A program made the position numbers and the translations under genes. DNA of 40,759 nucleotides from Steroidobacteraceae bacterium (GTDB lineage: Bacteria; Pseudomonadota; Gammaproteobacteria; Steroidobacterales; Steroidobacteraceae), in NCBI GenBank assembly GCA_049298915.1, contig JBAQWM010000339.1, forward strand, positions 1-40,759, given 5' to 3'. Below are positions 8,805 to 18,840 of the stretch, in pieces. Under the pieces are notes generated by a model, which was given only the letters and a program-made list of their open reading frames with translations, did not search any database and was not told the origin of the DNA. The first letter of the stretch is position 1. Each line of letters starts with the position of its first letter.

Positions 8805-8970
8805 GTTCGTCAGTTGAGGCCGTGCGCGAAACGCGCGGCGAGCCTGATAGAATAACCGGCCCGTTCCATGCGCCGCAAAGGTAATTACTCTGGTCGCTGA
8901 GACTGCCGCGGCGCTCTCGCCTCCCGAACGCCGTGCCGTAGCGACGCTCGCGATCGTTTACGCGGTTCGG

Positions 8971-10068
8971 ATGCTCGGGCTCTTCCTGCTCCTGCCGGTG
9001 CTCGCACTGCATGCGGGTTCGGTGCCAGGCGGCACGCCGCTGCTGGCGGGTCTTGCGGTCGGGGCCTACGGCCTGGCCCAGGCCCTGATGCAGATCCCAT
9101 TCGGGGTCTGGTCCGACCGGCAAGGCCGGCGGCCCGTCATCGTTGCGGGCCTACTGCTGCACATCGGCGGCTCGGCCCTGGGGTATTTCGCGGCAACCGC
9201 CTGGGCGCTCGTGATCGCCCGCATCGTCCAGGGCCTGGGTGCCGTTTCGGGACCCGTGATGGCGCTCCTTGCAGACCGCACGCGCGCGGCCTCGCGTACC
9301 CGCGCCATGGCCTTCATCGGCATCAGCATCGGGATTTCATTTGTGGTGTCGCTGGTCGGCGGACCACTGCTAGCGGGCGCGATCGGCGTGTCCGGCGTTT
9401 TTGCGCTGATCGGCGGCCTCGGATTCGTGGCACTGGTGCTCGTGCTGTTCGCGATCCCGGCGGAAGCCCCACGCGCGGCTGGCAATGCGCGGCGCCAGTC
9501 GTGGCGGGCCGTGCTGACCCGGCGCCTGCTGCCGCATTATGCCGGCATCTTCGCGCTTCACCTTGCGCTGACTGCTACATTTATCGCCGTTCCCCATGCG
9601 CTCCGGGACACGCACGGCATGGATGGGCCGGCGCACTGGCAGTTCTATCTGGCCGTATTCGTCGCATCACTGGCACTGACGGTGCCACTGTTGCTCTGGT
9701 CGGAGCGCAGTGCCAGGCCCGTTCGCACCGTCATTGCCGGCGGACTGCTGCTCGCGGTCGCCCAGGGGGCGCTGGCGCTGGTCTACCTGAACCTGATGAC
9801 CATGGCGGTGGCGCTCTTGATCTTCTTCGGCGGCTTCAATTTTCTCGAGGCGCGCCTGCCTTCGAGTCTCACCCAGGCGGCGGGCGAGGATGGGCGCGGC
9901 GCGGCACTCGGGGTGTTCTCGACCTGCCAGTTCGCCGGCGCCTTCGCGGGCGGACTCCTGGGTGGCGGCCTGCTGGGGAGCCCACTGGGCATCCCTGGTG
10001 TGTTCCTGCTGGCAGGTTTGGCCGTGGCCGCCTGGCTGATCGTCGCCGGACGGTCCGAAACCCGGTGA
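8971..10068 (+). CDS. MFS transporter (true start probably upstream of the annotated ATG)
   Basis: The protein has a 12-TM-like hydrophobic profile and the MFS loop motif GVWSDRQGRRPV. It sits between uvrA and ssb. The in-frame upstream sequence (from 8851) continues as a TM1-like sequence without an ATG, GTG or TTG. Confidence 0.8.
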   Translation: MLGLFLLLPVLALHAGSVPGGTPLLAGLAVGAYGLAQALMQIPFGVWSDRQGRRPVIVAGLLLHIGGSALGYFAATAWALVIARIVQGLGAVSGPVMALLADRTRAASRTRAMAFIGISIGISFVVSLVGGPLLAGAIGVSGVFALIGGLGFVALVLVLFAIPAEAPRAAGNARRQSWRAVLTRRLLPHYAGIFALHLALTATFIAVPHALRDTHGMDGPAHWQFYLAVFVASLALTVPLLLWSERSARPVRTVIAGGLLLAVAQGALALVYLNLMTMAVALLIFFGGFNFLEARLPSSLTQAAGEDGRGAALGVFSTCQFAGAFAGGLLGGGLLGSPLGIPGVFLLAGLAVAAWLIVAGRSETR

Positions 10069-10146
10069 AACCGCCCGATTGCCGGTGTGCCGGGGCCCGG
10101 CGGGCGACTACAATGAAGCATCGGCAGCAGGGGCGGGGATACGGCC

Positions 10147-10599
10147 ATGGCACGCGGCGTCAACAAAGTCATTCTGGTGGGCAATATCGGGCAGGACCCC
10201 CAGAGCCGGGCGATGCCTTCGGGAAAGGCGGTCGTGAATCTCCGCCTTGCCACCAGCAAGCAGTGGCGCGACCGGCAGACCGGCGAGAACAAGGAATCCA
10301 CCGAGTGGCACACGGTCGTGATGTTCGACCGGCTGGCTGAAATCGCTGCCGAGTACCTGCGCAAAGGCTCGCAGGTCTACATCGAGGGCGAGTTGCGGAC
10401 GCGCAAGTGGCAGGACAAGGAAGGCCAGGACCGCTATTCGACCGAAATCGTCGCCAATGAGATGCAGATGCTCGGTGGCCGCGGCGCGGCGGCAGGCGGT
10501 GCGGGCCAGCGGCCGGCGGCGGAACCCGCAGAAGGGCGGGCCGCGCGCGCGGAACCGGCCGGCGTCGCCGAGAACTTCGACGATGACATCCCGTTCTAG
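10147..10599 (+). CDS. ssb: Single-stranded DNA-binding protein
   Basis: The OB-fold N-terminus is [31 protein letters not shown] Gly/Ala-rich linker and the acidic tip DDDIPF follow. Confidence 0.96.
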   Translation: MARGVNKVILVGNIGQDPQSRAMPSGKAVVNLRLATSKQWRDRQTGENKESTEWHTVVMFDRLAEIAAEYLRKGSQVYIEGELRTRKWQDKEGQDRYSTEIVANEMQMLGGRGAAAGGAGQRPAAEPAEGRAARAEPAGVAENFDDDIPF

Positions 10600-10605
10600 C
10601 CCGCG

Positions 10606-11712
10606 CTAGCGCGGAGCCACATATCCGCCGCGCAATCCGCGCGGCGACAGCACGATCTGCCAAAGTTGCGAGCGCCGCGCCCGGAAGCTGGCCATCGAGG
10701 TCGACAGGTAGTAGTGCCACATGCGGCGGAACCCCGCGTCGTAGCGCTCACCAAGATCCTGCCAGGCGCGGCCCACGTTGTCCCGCCACGCGATCAGCGT
10801 GCGGTCATAATCAGTGCCGAAATTGTGCCAGTCCTCGATGATGAACAGGTCTTCGATGGCGGCAGTGATCTGTGCGGCGGACGGCAGCATCGAGTTCGGA
10901 AAGATGTACTTGCCGATCCACGGATCATTGGTGTGGACCGATTCATCGCTGCCGATCGTATGCAGCAGGAACAGGCCGTCATCGGCAAGACGCGCGCGCG
11001 CGAATTCGAAATAGCGGCGGTAATTGGCGACGCCGACGTGCTCGAACATGCCGATCGAGAACAACCGGTCGAAGCGGCCTGAGACCCCGCGATAATCCTG
11101 CAGGCGGATGTCGATCGGCAGTCCGTGGCAGAGTTCGCGCGCGGATCGGGCCTGCTGCTCGGAAACCGTCACGCCGACGCCGCCGACGCCATAGTGCGTG
11201 GCAGCGTACTCGAGCGCTTCGCCCCAGCCGCAGCCGATGTCGAGCACCTGCATCCCGGGAGCGAGACCCAGCTTGCGGCAGACCAGGTCGAGCTTGTGTT
11301 CCTGGGCTTGGTCCAGATCGCCTGCCCGCCGCCAGTAGGCGCAGCTATAGACCATCCGCCTGCCCAGCATCGCGCGATACAGCTCGTTGCCGAGGTCGTA
11401 ATGCCGCCTGCCGATTTCGAACGGGCGGCGCCTGGACAGGTTGAACAGCCTTGCGCGGGCGGCGAACCAGTAGTCGTCAAGGGTGCGCACGCGCCGGTCC
11501 AGCCTCGCTTCCAGCAGCCGGCACAGCATTGCGTCCAGTTCGGCGCAATCCCAGCTGCCGTCCATGTAGCTCTCGCCCAGCGCGAGCGAGCCGTGGGCCA
11601 GGACCCGGTTGAGGAACGACTCGTCATGGACGCGGATATCCCACGACCGGCCGCCGTCGAGCCGCACATCGGCCGTGTCCAGTAGCTGCTGGATCCTGTC
11701 CCGGGGACTCAT
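10606..11712 (-). CDS. cfa: Cyclopropane-fatty-acyl-phospholipid synthase
   Basis: This is the last 368 codons of the 579-aa track ORF. It resembles Cfa along its length (GESYMDGSWDC, HYDLGNELY, SAM motif VLDIGCGWG, SIGMFEHVG, KYIFPNSMLPS, EDWHNFGTDYD). AGGA lies upstream of ATG 11712. Confidence 0.9.
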   Translation of the reverse strand: MSPRDRIQQLLDTADVRLDGGRSWDIRVHDESFLNRVLAHGSLALGESYMDGSWDCAELDAMLCRLLEARLDRRVRTLDDYWFAARARLFNLSRRRPFEIGRRHYDLGNELYRAMLGRRMVYSCAYWRRAGDLDQAQEHKLDLVCRKLGLAPGMQVLDIGCGWGEALEYAATHYGVGGVGVTVSEQQARSARELCHGLPIDIRLQDYRGVSGRFDRLFSIGMFEHVGVANYRRYFEFARARLADDGLFLLHTIGSDESVHTNDPWIGKYIFPNSMLPSAAQITAAIEDLFIIEDWHNFGTDYDRTLIAWRDNVGRAWQDLGERYDAGFRRMWHYYLSTSMASFRARRSQLWQIVLSPRGLRGGYVAPR

Positions 11713-11847
11713 GCCATTCCTGCCAAAACGTGCGCTGCGGCATTCGCCGGGCCGGGGGCGGGGCCCGATCTGTGACCGGCTTGGCGTACCCTGACGCCAT
11801 ATTAAGTCACCATGAGACCGACTTGCCCGGCTTCGGGAGTGGCATGA

Positions 11848-13608
11848 ATGAAGCTGGAATCTGGCCAGCACCCTGCTGGTGGGCTGCGCGAAGCGCTGGC
11901 AGCGTGGTTCGCCCGCGTGGGCTCGTGGGGCTTGCTGTTCTGCGCGGGTTTGGCAGGGATGGTCCTGCTGGCGCCGCATTTCGGCAATTTGGCCGTGGAC
12001 GCGCGCATCCTGGCCTGGGTCGTTGGCGTACTGGCAATCGTCGAGATCGCACGCCGCGCATTCGCAGTGGGTACCGACGCTGGCGTGGACAGCCGTTACG
12101 GGCCGGCGCAGGATTTGCCGGGCGGCCGGCTGCTGGCTGCCGGCAACGCCGCCGGGCACAAGGACATCGAAGAACAGCTGCGCCGGCTGGCCTTTCACGA
12201 CCCCTTGACGCTGCTTCCGAATCGCGCGCTGTTCCGCGATCGCCTGGAGCATGCACTGGCCGTCAGCAAGCGCAGCGACCGCAGCGTCGCAATGCTGTTC
12301 ATCGATCTCGACAATTTCAAGGCCATCAATGACAGCTTTGGCCACAGCGAGGGCGATCGCGTGCTCAGTACGACGGCCCAGCGCCTCAGCAAGTGCACGC
12401 GCAGTGGCGACACGGTCGCGCGTCTGGGTGGCGACGAATTCGCCGTGCTGCTGGAGAATCTGGTCAACCGGGGGCCGGTCCTCGAAGTCGCGGAACGCAT
12501 CGTCGCGGCGCTGCAGGAACCATTCCCGTTCCTCGGCAGCGACCTGCGCATTTCAGCCAGCGTCGGCATCGCGTTCGCGACCCGTAATGACGGCGTCGAG
12601 GAATTGGTGCGCAATGCCGATGTTGCCATGTACTCGGCCAAGGCGCAGGGCAAGGGCCGCTATGCGATATTCGTGGACGAAATGCCGGATGTCGCAAGCC
12701 AGCGCCTGCTGGTCGAGGCGGAACTGGCGCGGGCGCTGATCGAAAACCAGTTTCAGCTGCATTACCAGCCGATCGTCGAACTGCGTTCCGGTTACCTGCT
12801 TGGTGTAGAGGCCCTGGTGCGGTGGCGGCATCCGAAGCGCGGCCTGGTGGCGCCGGCAGAATTCCTCGGCATCGCCGAAGGCGCCGGGCAGACGGTCGAA
12901 CTCGGCCGCTGGGTGCTGCAGCACGCCTGCGCTGAAGTGCAGGCCTGGCAGACGCGATTGCCGGAGGGCCGGCAGATCCGACTGGCGATCAATGTGTCGG
13001 TGGGGCAGCTGCGGGAATCCGACCTCGTCGCGGACGTGAGCAGGGCACTGGAGCATTCGCAGCTGGATCCGGGCTGCCTGGTCATCGAAGTGACCGAGGG
13101 CGTCCTGATGCACAATACCGAGAGCATGCTGGTCAAGCTGAATCAGTTGAAGGCGCTCGGCGTGAGAATAGCGATCGACGATTTCGGAACCGGCTACTCG
13201 TCGCTCGCCTATCTGCACCGTTTTCCGATCGATATCGTGAAGATCGACCGCTCCTTCATCAGGCGGCTGGGCAATGTCGAGGATGGCGCGGAACTGACGC
13301 GCGCCATCATCACGCTTGGCGACACGCTCGGTCTCGAAGTCATCGCCGAAGGTGTGGAGCACGAGAATCAGCAGCGTGAGCTGATCAAGCTGGGGTGCGT
13401 CGCGGGCCAGGGATTTCTCTATGCCGAGCCGGGCCTGCTGCAGGATCTCGAGCATTCCAAGCACATGCAGCGTCGCCGCACCATGGCCGACACGCTCCCG
13501 CAGGGCGCCCGCTTTACGGCCACGGGGCGATTCCTCATCGGCAGCCTGAAGCCTGCGGAACCCACACCGCTGGCCACCGGCACTTTTGGAGCTTTCCGCA
13601 ACAATTAA
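11848..13608 (+). CDS. Membrane-anchored GGDEF-EAL protein (diguanylate cyclase/phosphodiesterase)
   Basis: There are two N-terminal hydrophobic helices. The GGDEF domain has an intact RLGGDEF and an RSGD (RxxD) site five residues upstream. The EAL domain has EALVRW, DDFGTGYSSL, KIDRSF, EGVE and QGF motifs. Confidence 0.9.
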   Translation: MKLESGQHPAGGLREALAAWFARVGSWGLLFCAGLAGMVLLAPHFGNLAVDARILAWVVGVLAIVEIARRAFAVGTDAGVDSRYGPAQDLPGGRLLAAGNAAGHKDIEEQLRRLAFHDPLTLLPNRALFRDRLEHALAVSKRSDRSVAMLFIDLDNFKAINDSFGHSEGDRVLSTTAQRLSKCTRSGDTVARLGGDEFAVLLENLVNRGPVLEVAERIVAALQEPFPFLGSDLRISASVGIAFATRNDGVEELVRNADVAMYSAKAQGKGRYAIFVDEMPDVASQRLLVEAELARALIENQFQLHYQPIVELRSGYLLGVEALVRWRHPKRGLVAPAEFLGIAEGAGQTVELGRWVLQHACAEVQAWQTRLPEGRQIRLAINVSVGQLRESDLVADVSRALEHSQLDPGCLVIEVTEGVLMHNTESMLVKLNQLKALGVRIAIDDFGTGYSSLAYLHRFPIDIVKIDRSFIRRLGNVEDGAELTRAIITLGDTLGLEVIAEGVEHENQQRELIKLGCVAGQGFLYAEPGLLQDLEHSKHMQRRRTMADTLPQGARFTATGRFLIGSLKPAEPTPLATGTFGAFRNN

Positions 13609-13730
13609 ACCAGAAAAAACAATATCTTATCTGGGTGCCCGGATCCCGATGAACAAGCTGCCACGCTTCTTTGGCGAGCCCAAAACCGTTACCCTAGGCG
13701 CCCTTTTTTGATGCGGGGTCCCAGCCCTAC

Positions 13731-15056
13731 ATGAGCGGCCGGCTATACATTTCCACCTTCGGCTGCCAGATGAATGAATACGACTCGGCGCGGATGGCCG
13801 ACGTGCTGCGCGAGCGTTCCGGTCTGGAGCTGACCGGGGACCCCGGGGAGGCCGATGTCATCCTGCTGAATACCTGTTCGGTCCGCGAAAAGGCCCAGGA
13901 AAAGGTATTTTCCGAACTCGGCAGGTGGCGGCTGCTGAAACGCTCGAGACCGGAGCTTCTGATCGGTGTCGGCGGCTGCGTCGCGAGCCAGGAGGGCGAG
14001 GGCATCCTGGAACGCGCGCCATTCGTCGATCTCGTATTCGGTCCGCAGACGATCCATCGCCTGCCCGACATGATTACCGAACAGCGCGCAAGCGGCCGTC
14101 CGCAAGTCGATGTTTCATTCCCGGAGATCGAGAAATTCGACCGCCTGCCGGAGCCGAGCGCTGCGGGCGCCACCGCATTCGTTTCGATCATGGAAGGCTG
14201 CAGCAAGTACTGCACATTCTGCGTCGTGCCGTACACGCGCGGCGAGGAAATGAGTCGTCCATTCGGCCAGGTCGTCGCCGAAGTCGAGTCGCTGGTCGCG
14301 CAGGGCGCGCGCGAGATCACGTTGCTCGGGCAGAATGTGAATGCCTACCGCGGCCCGATGGCCGACGGCACGATCTGCGATCTCGCGACGCTGATACGCC
14401 ACATTGCGCGCATCGCGGACCTCGAGCGCATCCGCTTCACGACCTCGCACCCGGTGGAATTCACCGACGCGCTGGTCGAGGCCTATGCCGAGGTGCCGAA
14501 ACTGGCGAATTACCTGCACCTGCCGGTGCAGAGCGGTTCCGACCGCATACTCGCGCTGATGAAGCGCGGCTACACCCGGCTCGAGTACAAGCAAAAGATC
14601 CGGCGCCTGCGCAACGTCCGGCCCGATATCAGCCTGTCGTCGGATTTCATCGTCGGATTCCCGGGCGAGACCGAGGCGGATTTCGCGCACACCATGGACC
14701 TGATCTCCGAGCTCGGCTTCGACCAGTCATTCAGCTTCATCTACAGCCGCAGACCCGGCACGCCGGCGGCCGCGCTGGCGGATGAGGTGCCGCATCAGCT
14801 GAAGCAGGAGCGGCTGGCACTGCTGCAGGCGCGCATCAATGAGCAGGCACGGCAGATCAGTGCGGCCATGGTCGGCAGTATCCAGCGCGTGCTGGTCGAG
14901 CGGCCGTCGAGGCGCGACCCCGGGCAGCTTGCGGGTCGCACCGAGAACATGCGCTGGGTCAATTTCGACGGACCTGCGCATTACGTCAACTGCTTTGCGG
15001 GCGTCCGGATCACCGAGGCGATGCCGAATTCGCTGCGTGGCCGGCTGGTCGCTTGA
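13731..15056 (+). CDS. miaB: tRNA-2-methylthio-N6-dimethylallyladenosine synthase
   Basis: The N-terminal UPF0004 domain is [19 protein letters not shown]. The radical-SAM motif [11 protein letters not shown] and a C-terminal TRAM domain are present. ybeZ-ybeY-corC-lnt follows. Confidence 0.95.
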   Translation: MSGRLYISTFGCQMNEYDSARMADVLRERSGLELTGDPGEADVILLNTCSVREKAQEKVFSELGRWRLLKRSRPELLIGVGGCVASQEGEGILERAPFVDLVFGPQTIHRLPDMITEQRASGRPQVDVSFPEIEKFDRLPEPSAAGATAFVSIMEGCSKYCTFCVVPYTRGEEMSRPFGQVVAEVESLVAQGAREITLLGQNVNAYRGPMADGTICDLATLIRHIARIADLERIRFTTSHPVEFTDALVEAYAEVPKLANYLHLPVQSGSDRILALMKRGYTRLEYKQKIRRLRNVRPDISLSSDFIVGFPGETEADFAHTMDLISELGFDQSFSFIYSRRPGTPAAALADEVPHQLKQERLALLQARINEQARQISAAMVGSIQRVLVERPSRRDPGQLAGRTENMRWVNFDGPAHYVNCFAGVRITEAMPNSLRGRLVA

Positions 15057-16009
15057 GCGGCAATCCAGAATTGAGCGTCGATTTCGGCGCAGCCGACAAT
15101 GCCAGGCTCGCTGCCCTGTGCGGCGCGCTCGACGAGAATCTGCACCAGCTCGAGAACCGGCTCGGCGTCGAGATCCGCCACCGCGCCGGGCGCTTCTCGG
15201 TGACCGGTGCAAATGCCGTGGCTGGCGCGGCCGTCCTGAGGCTGCTCTACGAACGCGCCGGCGCCAGTGCCGTGACTGCAGAAGACGTGCACCTTGCGAT
15301 CCAGGAGACCGGCATGGGCGGAGAGACCGCCGATGACGCGCTTTCGGTGCAGACCCTGCGCGGCCGGATCCGCGGCCGCGGACCGAACCAGCAGGAGTAC
15401 CTGCGTCATATCCGCGCGCACGACCTGACATTCGGCATCGGGCCCGCCGGCACCGGCAAGACCTACCTGGCGGTCGCCTGCGCGGTCGAGGCCCTGCAGC
15501 GGGAATCAGTGCGCCGCATCGTCCTGGTGCGCCCGGCGGTCGAGGCCGGCGAGCGCCTGGGCTTCCTGCCGGGCGACATGTCGCAGAAGATCGACCCCTA
15601 CCTGCGGCCGATGTACGACGCGCTCTACGAGATGATCGGTTTCGACCGCGTCGCGCGCCTGATCGAACGCAACATCATCGAGATCGCGCCGCTCGCATTC
15701 ATGCGTGGGCGCACGCTCAACGAGGCATTCGTGATTCTCGACGAGGCCCAGAACACGACGGTCGAGCAGATCAAGATGTTCCTGACCCGGATCGGCTTTG
15801 GTTCACGCGCGGTCGTCACCGGCGACATCACCCAGACCGACCTGCCGGCTCACCGCCAGTCCGGACTCCGTCACGCGCTCGAGGTACTGGCCGGCGTAGC
15901 GGGCATCGCGGTCACCCGCTTTTCGGCGCGCGACGTGGTGCGGCATCCACTGGTGCAGCGCATCGTCGAGGCCTATGAGCGTGAAACGGACCGCGGGAGC
16001 GGGAAATGA
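15053..16009 (+). CDS. ybeZ: PhoH-like ATPase
   Basis: [20 protein letters not shown] resembles the YbeZ N-terminus, and the Walker A motif GPAGTGKT is present. The TTG start overlaps the miaB stop (TTGA). Confidence 0.9.
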   Translation: MSGNPELSVDFGAADNARLAALCGALDENLHQLENRLGVEIRHRAGRFSVTGANAVAGAAVLRLLYERAGASAVTAEDVHLAIQETGMGGETADDALSVQTLRGRIRGRGPNQQEYLRHIRAHDLTFGIGPAGTGKTYLAVACAVEALQRESVRRIVLVRPAVEAGERLGFLPGDMSQKIDPYLRPMYDALYEMIGFDRVARLIERNIIEIAPLAFMRGRTLNEAFVILDEAQNTTVEQIKMFLTRIGFGSRAVVTGDITQTDLPAHRQSGLRHALEVLAGVAGIAVTRFSARDVVRHPLVQRIVEAYERETDRGSGK

Positions 16010-16452
16010 CACTGGAAGTCGTGCTGCGCTATCGTACGCGGTCGCCGTGGGCGCCCGGACCGGCGACACTTCGCGGCTGGGCCCGGGTCGCCGCCGGCGC
16101 GCGGAGCGGCGAGCTTGGAATCCGCGTGGTCGGCACGGCCGAAAGCCGCGCGCTGAACCAGCGCTACCGGGGCAAACGGGCGCCGACCAATGTGCTGTCG
16201 TTTCCGATGCAGGCCGGCATCGGCCGCGCGTCTGCCATCATCGGCGACATCGTGGTCTGTGCGCCGCTGGTCGCGCGCGAGGCGCGCGAGCAGGGCAAGA
16301 CCTTGCGCGCGCACTGGGCCCATATGGTGATTCACGGCACGCTGCACCTGCTCGGCTTCGACCACCAGGGTGCGCGCGCCGCGCGCCGGATGGAAGGGCA
16401 CGAGCGGCGGCTTCTTGCAGGGTTGGGCTTTGGCGATCCGTATGGAGAATGA
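16006..16452 (+). CDS. ybeY: rRNA maturation endoribonuclease YbeY
   Basis: The zinc motif HGTLHLLGFDH is present. Length is 148 aa. There is an ATGA overlap with ybeZ. Confidence 0.93.
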   Translation: MTLEVVLRYRTRSPWAPGPATLRGWARVAAGARSGELGIRVVGTAESRALNQRYRGKRAPTNVLSFPMQAGIGRASAIIGDIVVCAPLVAREAREQGKTLRAHWAHMVIHGTLHLLGFDHQGARAARRMEGHERRLLAGLGFGDPYGE

Positions 16453-16456
16453 TGCG

Positions 16457-17311
16457 ATGACCGAGCGCAAGCCCGGCAGGAAATGGTTGCGACGCCTGAT
16501 CAAGGAAGAGCCGGGCAATCGCGCCGAACTGATCGAACTGCTGCGCACGGTGGCGCGCCGCGGCGTGCTCGGACCCGACGCGCTGGCAATGATCGAGGGC
16601 GTGCTCGGGGTCGCCGACCTGCAGGTTCGCGACATCATGGTTCCGCGTTCGCAGATGGTCGTGCTCGAGCGCGATTCGACACCCGCCCAGTTGCTGCCGG
16701 TAATCATTGAATCGGGGCACTCGCGGTTTCCCGTGATCGGCGATGACCGCGACCAGGTGGTCGGCATACTGCTCGCGAAGGACCTGCTGCGCTATTACTC
16801 GGAGGGCGCAGCCGGCAGGTTCGACATCCGCGAGGTGCTGCGACCGGCGGCGTTCGTACCCGAAAGCAAGCGGCTGAATGTGCTGCTGAAGGAATTCCGC
16901 GTGAGCCGGAAGCACATGGCGGTGGTCGTGGACGAATACGGCGGAGTGTCCGGTCTGGTGACGATCGAGGACGTCATCGAGGAAATCGTCGGCGAGATTG
17001 CCGACGAGTACGATATCGATGAGGACCAGATGATCCGGCGCGAGGGCGATCGGCAGTTCGTGGTGCTGGCGCTGACGCGGATCCAGGAATTCAACGATTA
17101 TTTCTCGACCGGCTTCAGCGAGGAGGAGTACGACACGATCGGCGGCCTCGTGATGCACCAGTTCGGCCGCCTGCCGCGACGCGGCGAATCGGTGACGATG
17201 GACAACCATGAGTTCAAAGTGCTGCGCGCCGATCGCCGCCGCATAGATCAGTTACGTGTGACTGCGCCCGCAGCGGTGCCGGCGCGTGCCAGCGACGCCC
17301 GCGGATCCTGA
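16457..17311 (+). CDS. corC: CorC/HlyC-family magnesium/cobalt efflux protein (CBS pair plus CorC_HlyC domain)
   Basis: The layout is typical of YbeX/CorC (VADLQVRDIMVPRSQM, GHSRFPV, VVDEYGGVSGLVTIEDVIEEIVGEI). I chose ATG 16457, 9 nt after GGAG. The track ORF starts inside ybeY. Confidence 0.9.
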   Translation: MTERKPGRKWLRRLIKEEPGNRAELIELLRTVARRGVLGPDALAMIEGVLGVADLQVRDIMVPRSQMVVLERDSTPAQLLPVIIESGHSRFPVIGDDRDQVVGILLAKDLLRYYSEGAAGRFDIREVLRPAAFVPESKRLNVLLKEFRVSRKHMAVVVDEYGGVSGLVTIEDVIEEIVGEIADEYDIDEDQMIRREGDRQFVVLALTRIQEFNDYFSTGFSEEEYDTIGGLVMHQFGRLPRRGESVTMDNHEFKVLRADRRRIDQLRVTAPAAVPARASDARGS

Positions 17312-18840
17312 TGCGGCTCCGGCGCCACGGTTGGTGGCTGGCCGCGCTCGCGGGGGCCGCCACCACGCTGGCATTCGCGCCCTGGGGTCTGGTGCCGCTC
17401 GCGATCCTTGGTCCTGCGCTCTTGTTCCTGTTGTGGGAGGATGCCGGCCCGCGGCAGGCGGCGATGCTGGGCTTCGCCTGGGGCTGTGGCCTGTTTTTCG
17501 CCGGCACCTGGTGGATATACACCGCGATCCATGACTTCGGCGGCGCCCCGGCATGGCTCGCGGCGCTGCTGCTCCTGGTTCCGGTCGCGGTCATGGGCGC
17601 CTATTACGGGAGCCTCGGCTGGATTGCCAAGCGCTTCGATCGCGCGCCGCGCCTCGCGCAATGGCTGCTGTTGCTGCCTGCGGGCTGGACGCTGATCGAA
17701 TGGCTGCGTGGCTGGCTGCTGTCGGGCTTTCCGTGGCTTCAGCTCGGTTATGCCCACAGCGACAGCATGCTCGCCGCGCTGGCGCCGGTTGGTGGAATAC
17801 ACCTGGTCACGCTCGCGGGCGCGCTCACCGCGGGCGCCGTGGCGCTGTTGCCGAGGGGCGGGTGGCGCGAGCGTGGTATTGCGGTTGTGGTCGTCATCGC
17901 AATCTGGGGCGGCAGCTGGAGCCTCACGGGGCGGCAGTGGACCATACCCGCCGGCGCTGAAATCAGCGTTGCACTGCTGCAGGGCGCGATCCCGCAGGAT
18001 GAAAAGTGGCAGGCTGAAAATCGCGCGGCGACACTCGACCGTTTTCGCGCCTTGAATCGCCAGGCGCTCGGCCAGCAGCTCATCGTGTGGCCGGAGTCCG
18101 CGCTGCCGATGCTTGCGCACGAGGCGGAGAACTACCTGGCGTCGATCCGGGCGGAGGCCCGCGCACATGACTCCGATTTGCTGATCGGACTGCTGCAGTA
18201 CGACTTTGACAGCGGCGAAATCAGGAATGGCCTGCTGGCGACGGGGGGAGCGGGCGACGCGTGGTACTACAAGCGCCGGCTGGTGCCATTCGGCGAATTC
18301 TTTCCGGTGCCGGACTTCGTGCGCCGCTGGATGCGCCTGATGAGCCTGCCGTACTACGACATGACGCCTGGCGGCGAGCACCAGGCCGCATTGCCGGCGG
18401 CGGGACAGAAGCTGGGCGCCACGATCTGCTACGAGGACGCCTATGGATCAGAGCAGCTGGCGGTGCTCCGCGAGGCGACGCTGCTGGTCAATGTCACAAA
18501 CAATGCCTGGTTCGGCGACTCGGCGGCGCCGCACCAGCAATTGCAGATGGCGCGCTTTCGCGCGCACGAGGCCGGGCGCAGCCTGGTCCGGGCGACCAGC
18601 AATGGCGTCACGGCCGTGATCGCAGCTGACGGGGAAATCGCCGCCGTGGCGCCGCAATTCGTGCCGGCGGTGCTGAAGGCCCGCGTGCAGCCGATGACCG
18701 GGCTCACGCCATACGCGCGGACCGGCAACTGGCCGGTGCTTTCCGCCTGCCTGCTGATGGCATTGATATGTATCGGGTATCCTTTCAGGCATGAAGGATC
18801 GCTACGAGCCCGCCGAGGTCGAGACCGCCACCCAGCGTGA
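17311..18840 (+). CDS. lnt: Apolipoprotein N-acyltransferase
   Basis: A multi-TM N-terminal half is followed by a CN-hydrolase domain (VWPESA, ICYE, NNAWFG). Position after corC matches E. coli. The 3' end overlaps leuS by 50 nt. Confidence 0.92.
   Translation: MRLRRHGWWLAALAGAATTLAFAPWGLVPLAILGPALLFLLWEDAGPRQAAMLGFAWGCGLFFAGTWWIYTAIHDFGGAPAWLAALLLLVPVAVMGAYYGSLGWIAKRFDRAPRLAQWLLLLPAGWTLIEWLRGWLLSGFPWLQLGYAHSDSMLAALAPVGGIHLVTLAGALTAGAVALLPRGGWRERGIAVVVVIAIWGGSWSLTGRQWTIPAGAEISVALLQGAIPQDEKWQAENRAATLDRFRALNRQALGQQLIVWPESALPMLAHEAENYLASIRAEARAHDSDLLIGLLQYDFDSGEIRNGLLATGGAGDAWYYKRRLVPFGEFFPVPDFVRRWMRLMSLPYYDMTPGGEHQAALPAAGQKLGATICYEDAYGSEQLAVLREATLLVNVTNNAWFGDSAAPHQQLQMARFRAHEAGRSLVRATSNGVTAVIAADGEIAAVAPQFVPAVLKARVQPMTGLTPYARTGNWPVLSACLLMALICIGYPFRHEGSLRARRGRDRHPA

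Noticed and set aside
8805-8970. Search for a LexA (SOS) box in the uvrA/MFS/ssb control regions, including 10069-10146. The 8-bp palindrome GTAATTAC at 8881-8888 caught my eye.
   Set aside because: No CTGT-N8-ACAG-type site is present. GTAATTAC is too short and only vaguely resembles other described LexA motifs, and it lies inside the probable MFS coding extension. I cannot support a call without a lineage-specific motif model.
13593-13730. AT-rich patch (AATTAAACCAGAAAAAACAATATCTTATC) and a T6 run after the GGDEF-EAL gene, considered as a terminator or miaB promoter.
   Set aside because: I could find no stable stem preceding the T-run and no convincing -35/-10 pair at proper spacing. It probably holds the miaB promoter, but I cannot place it.
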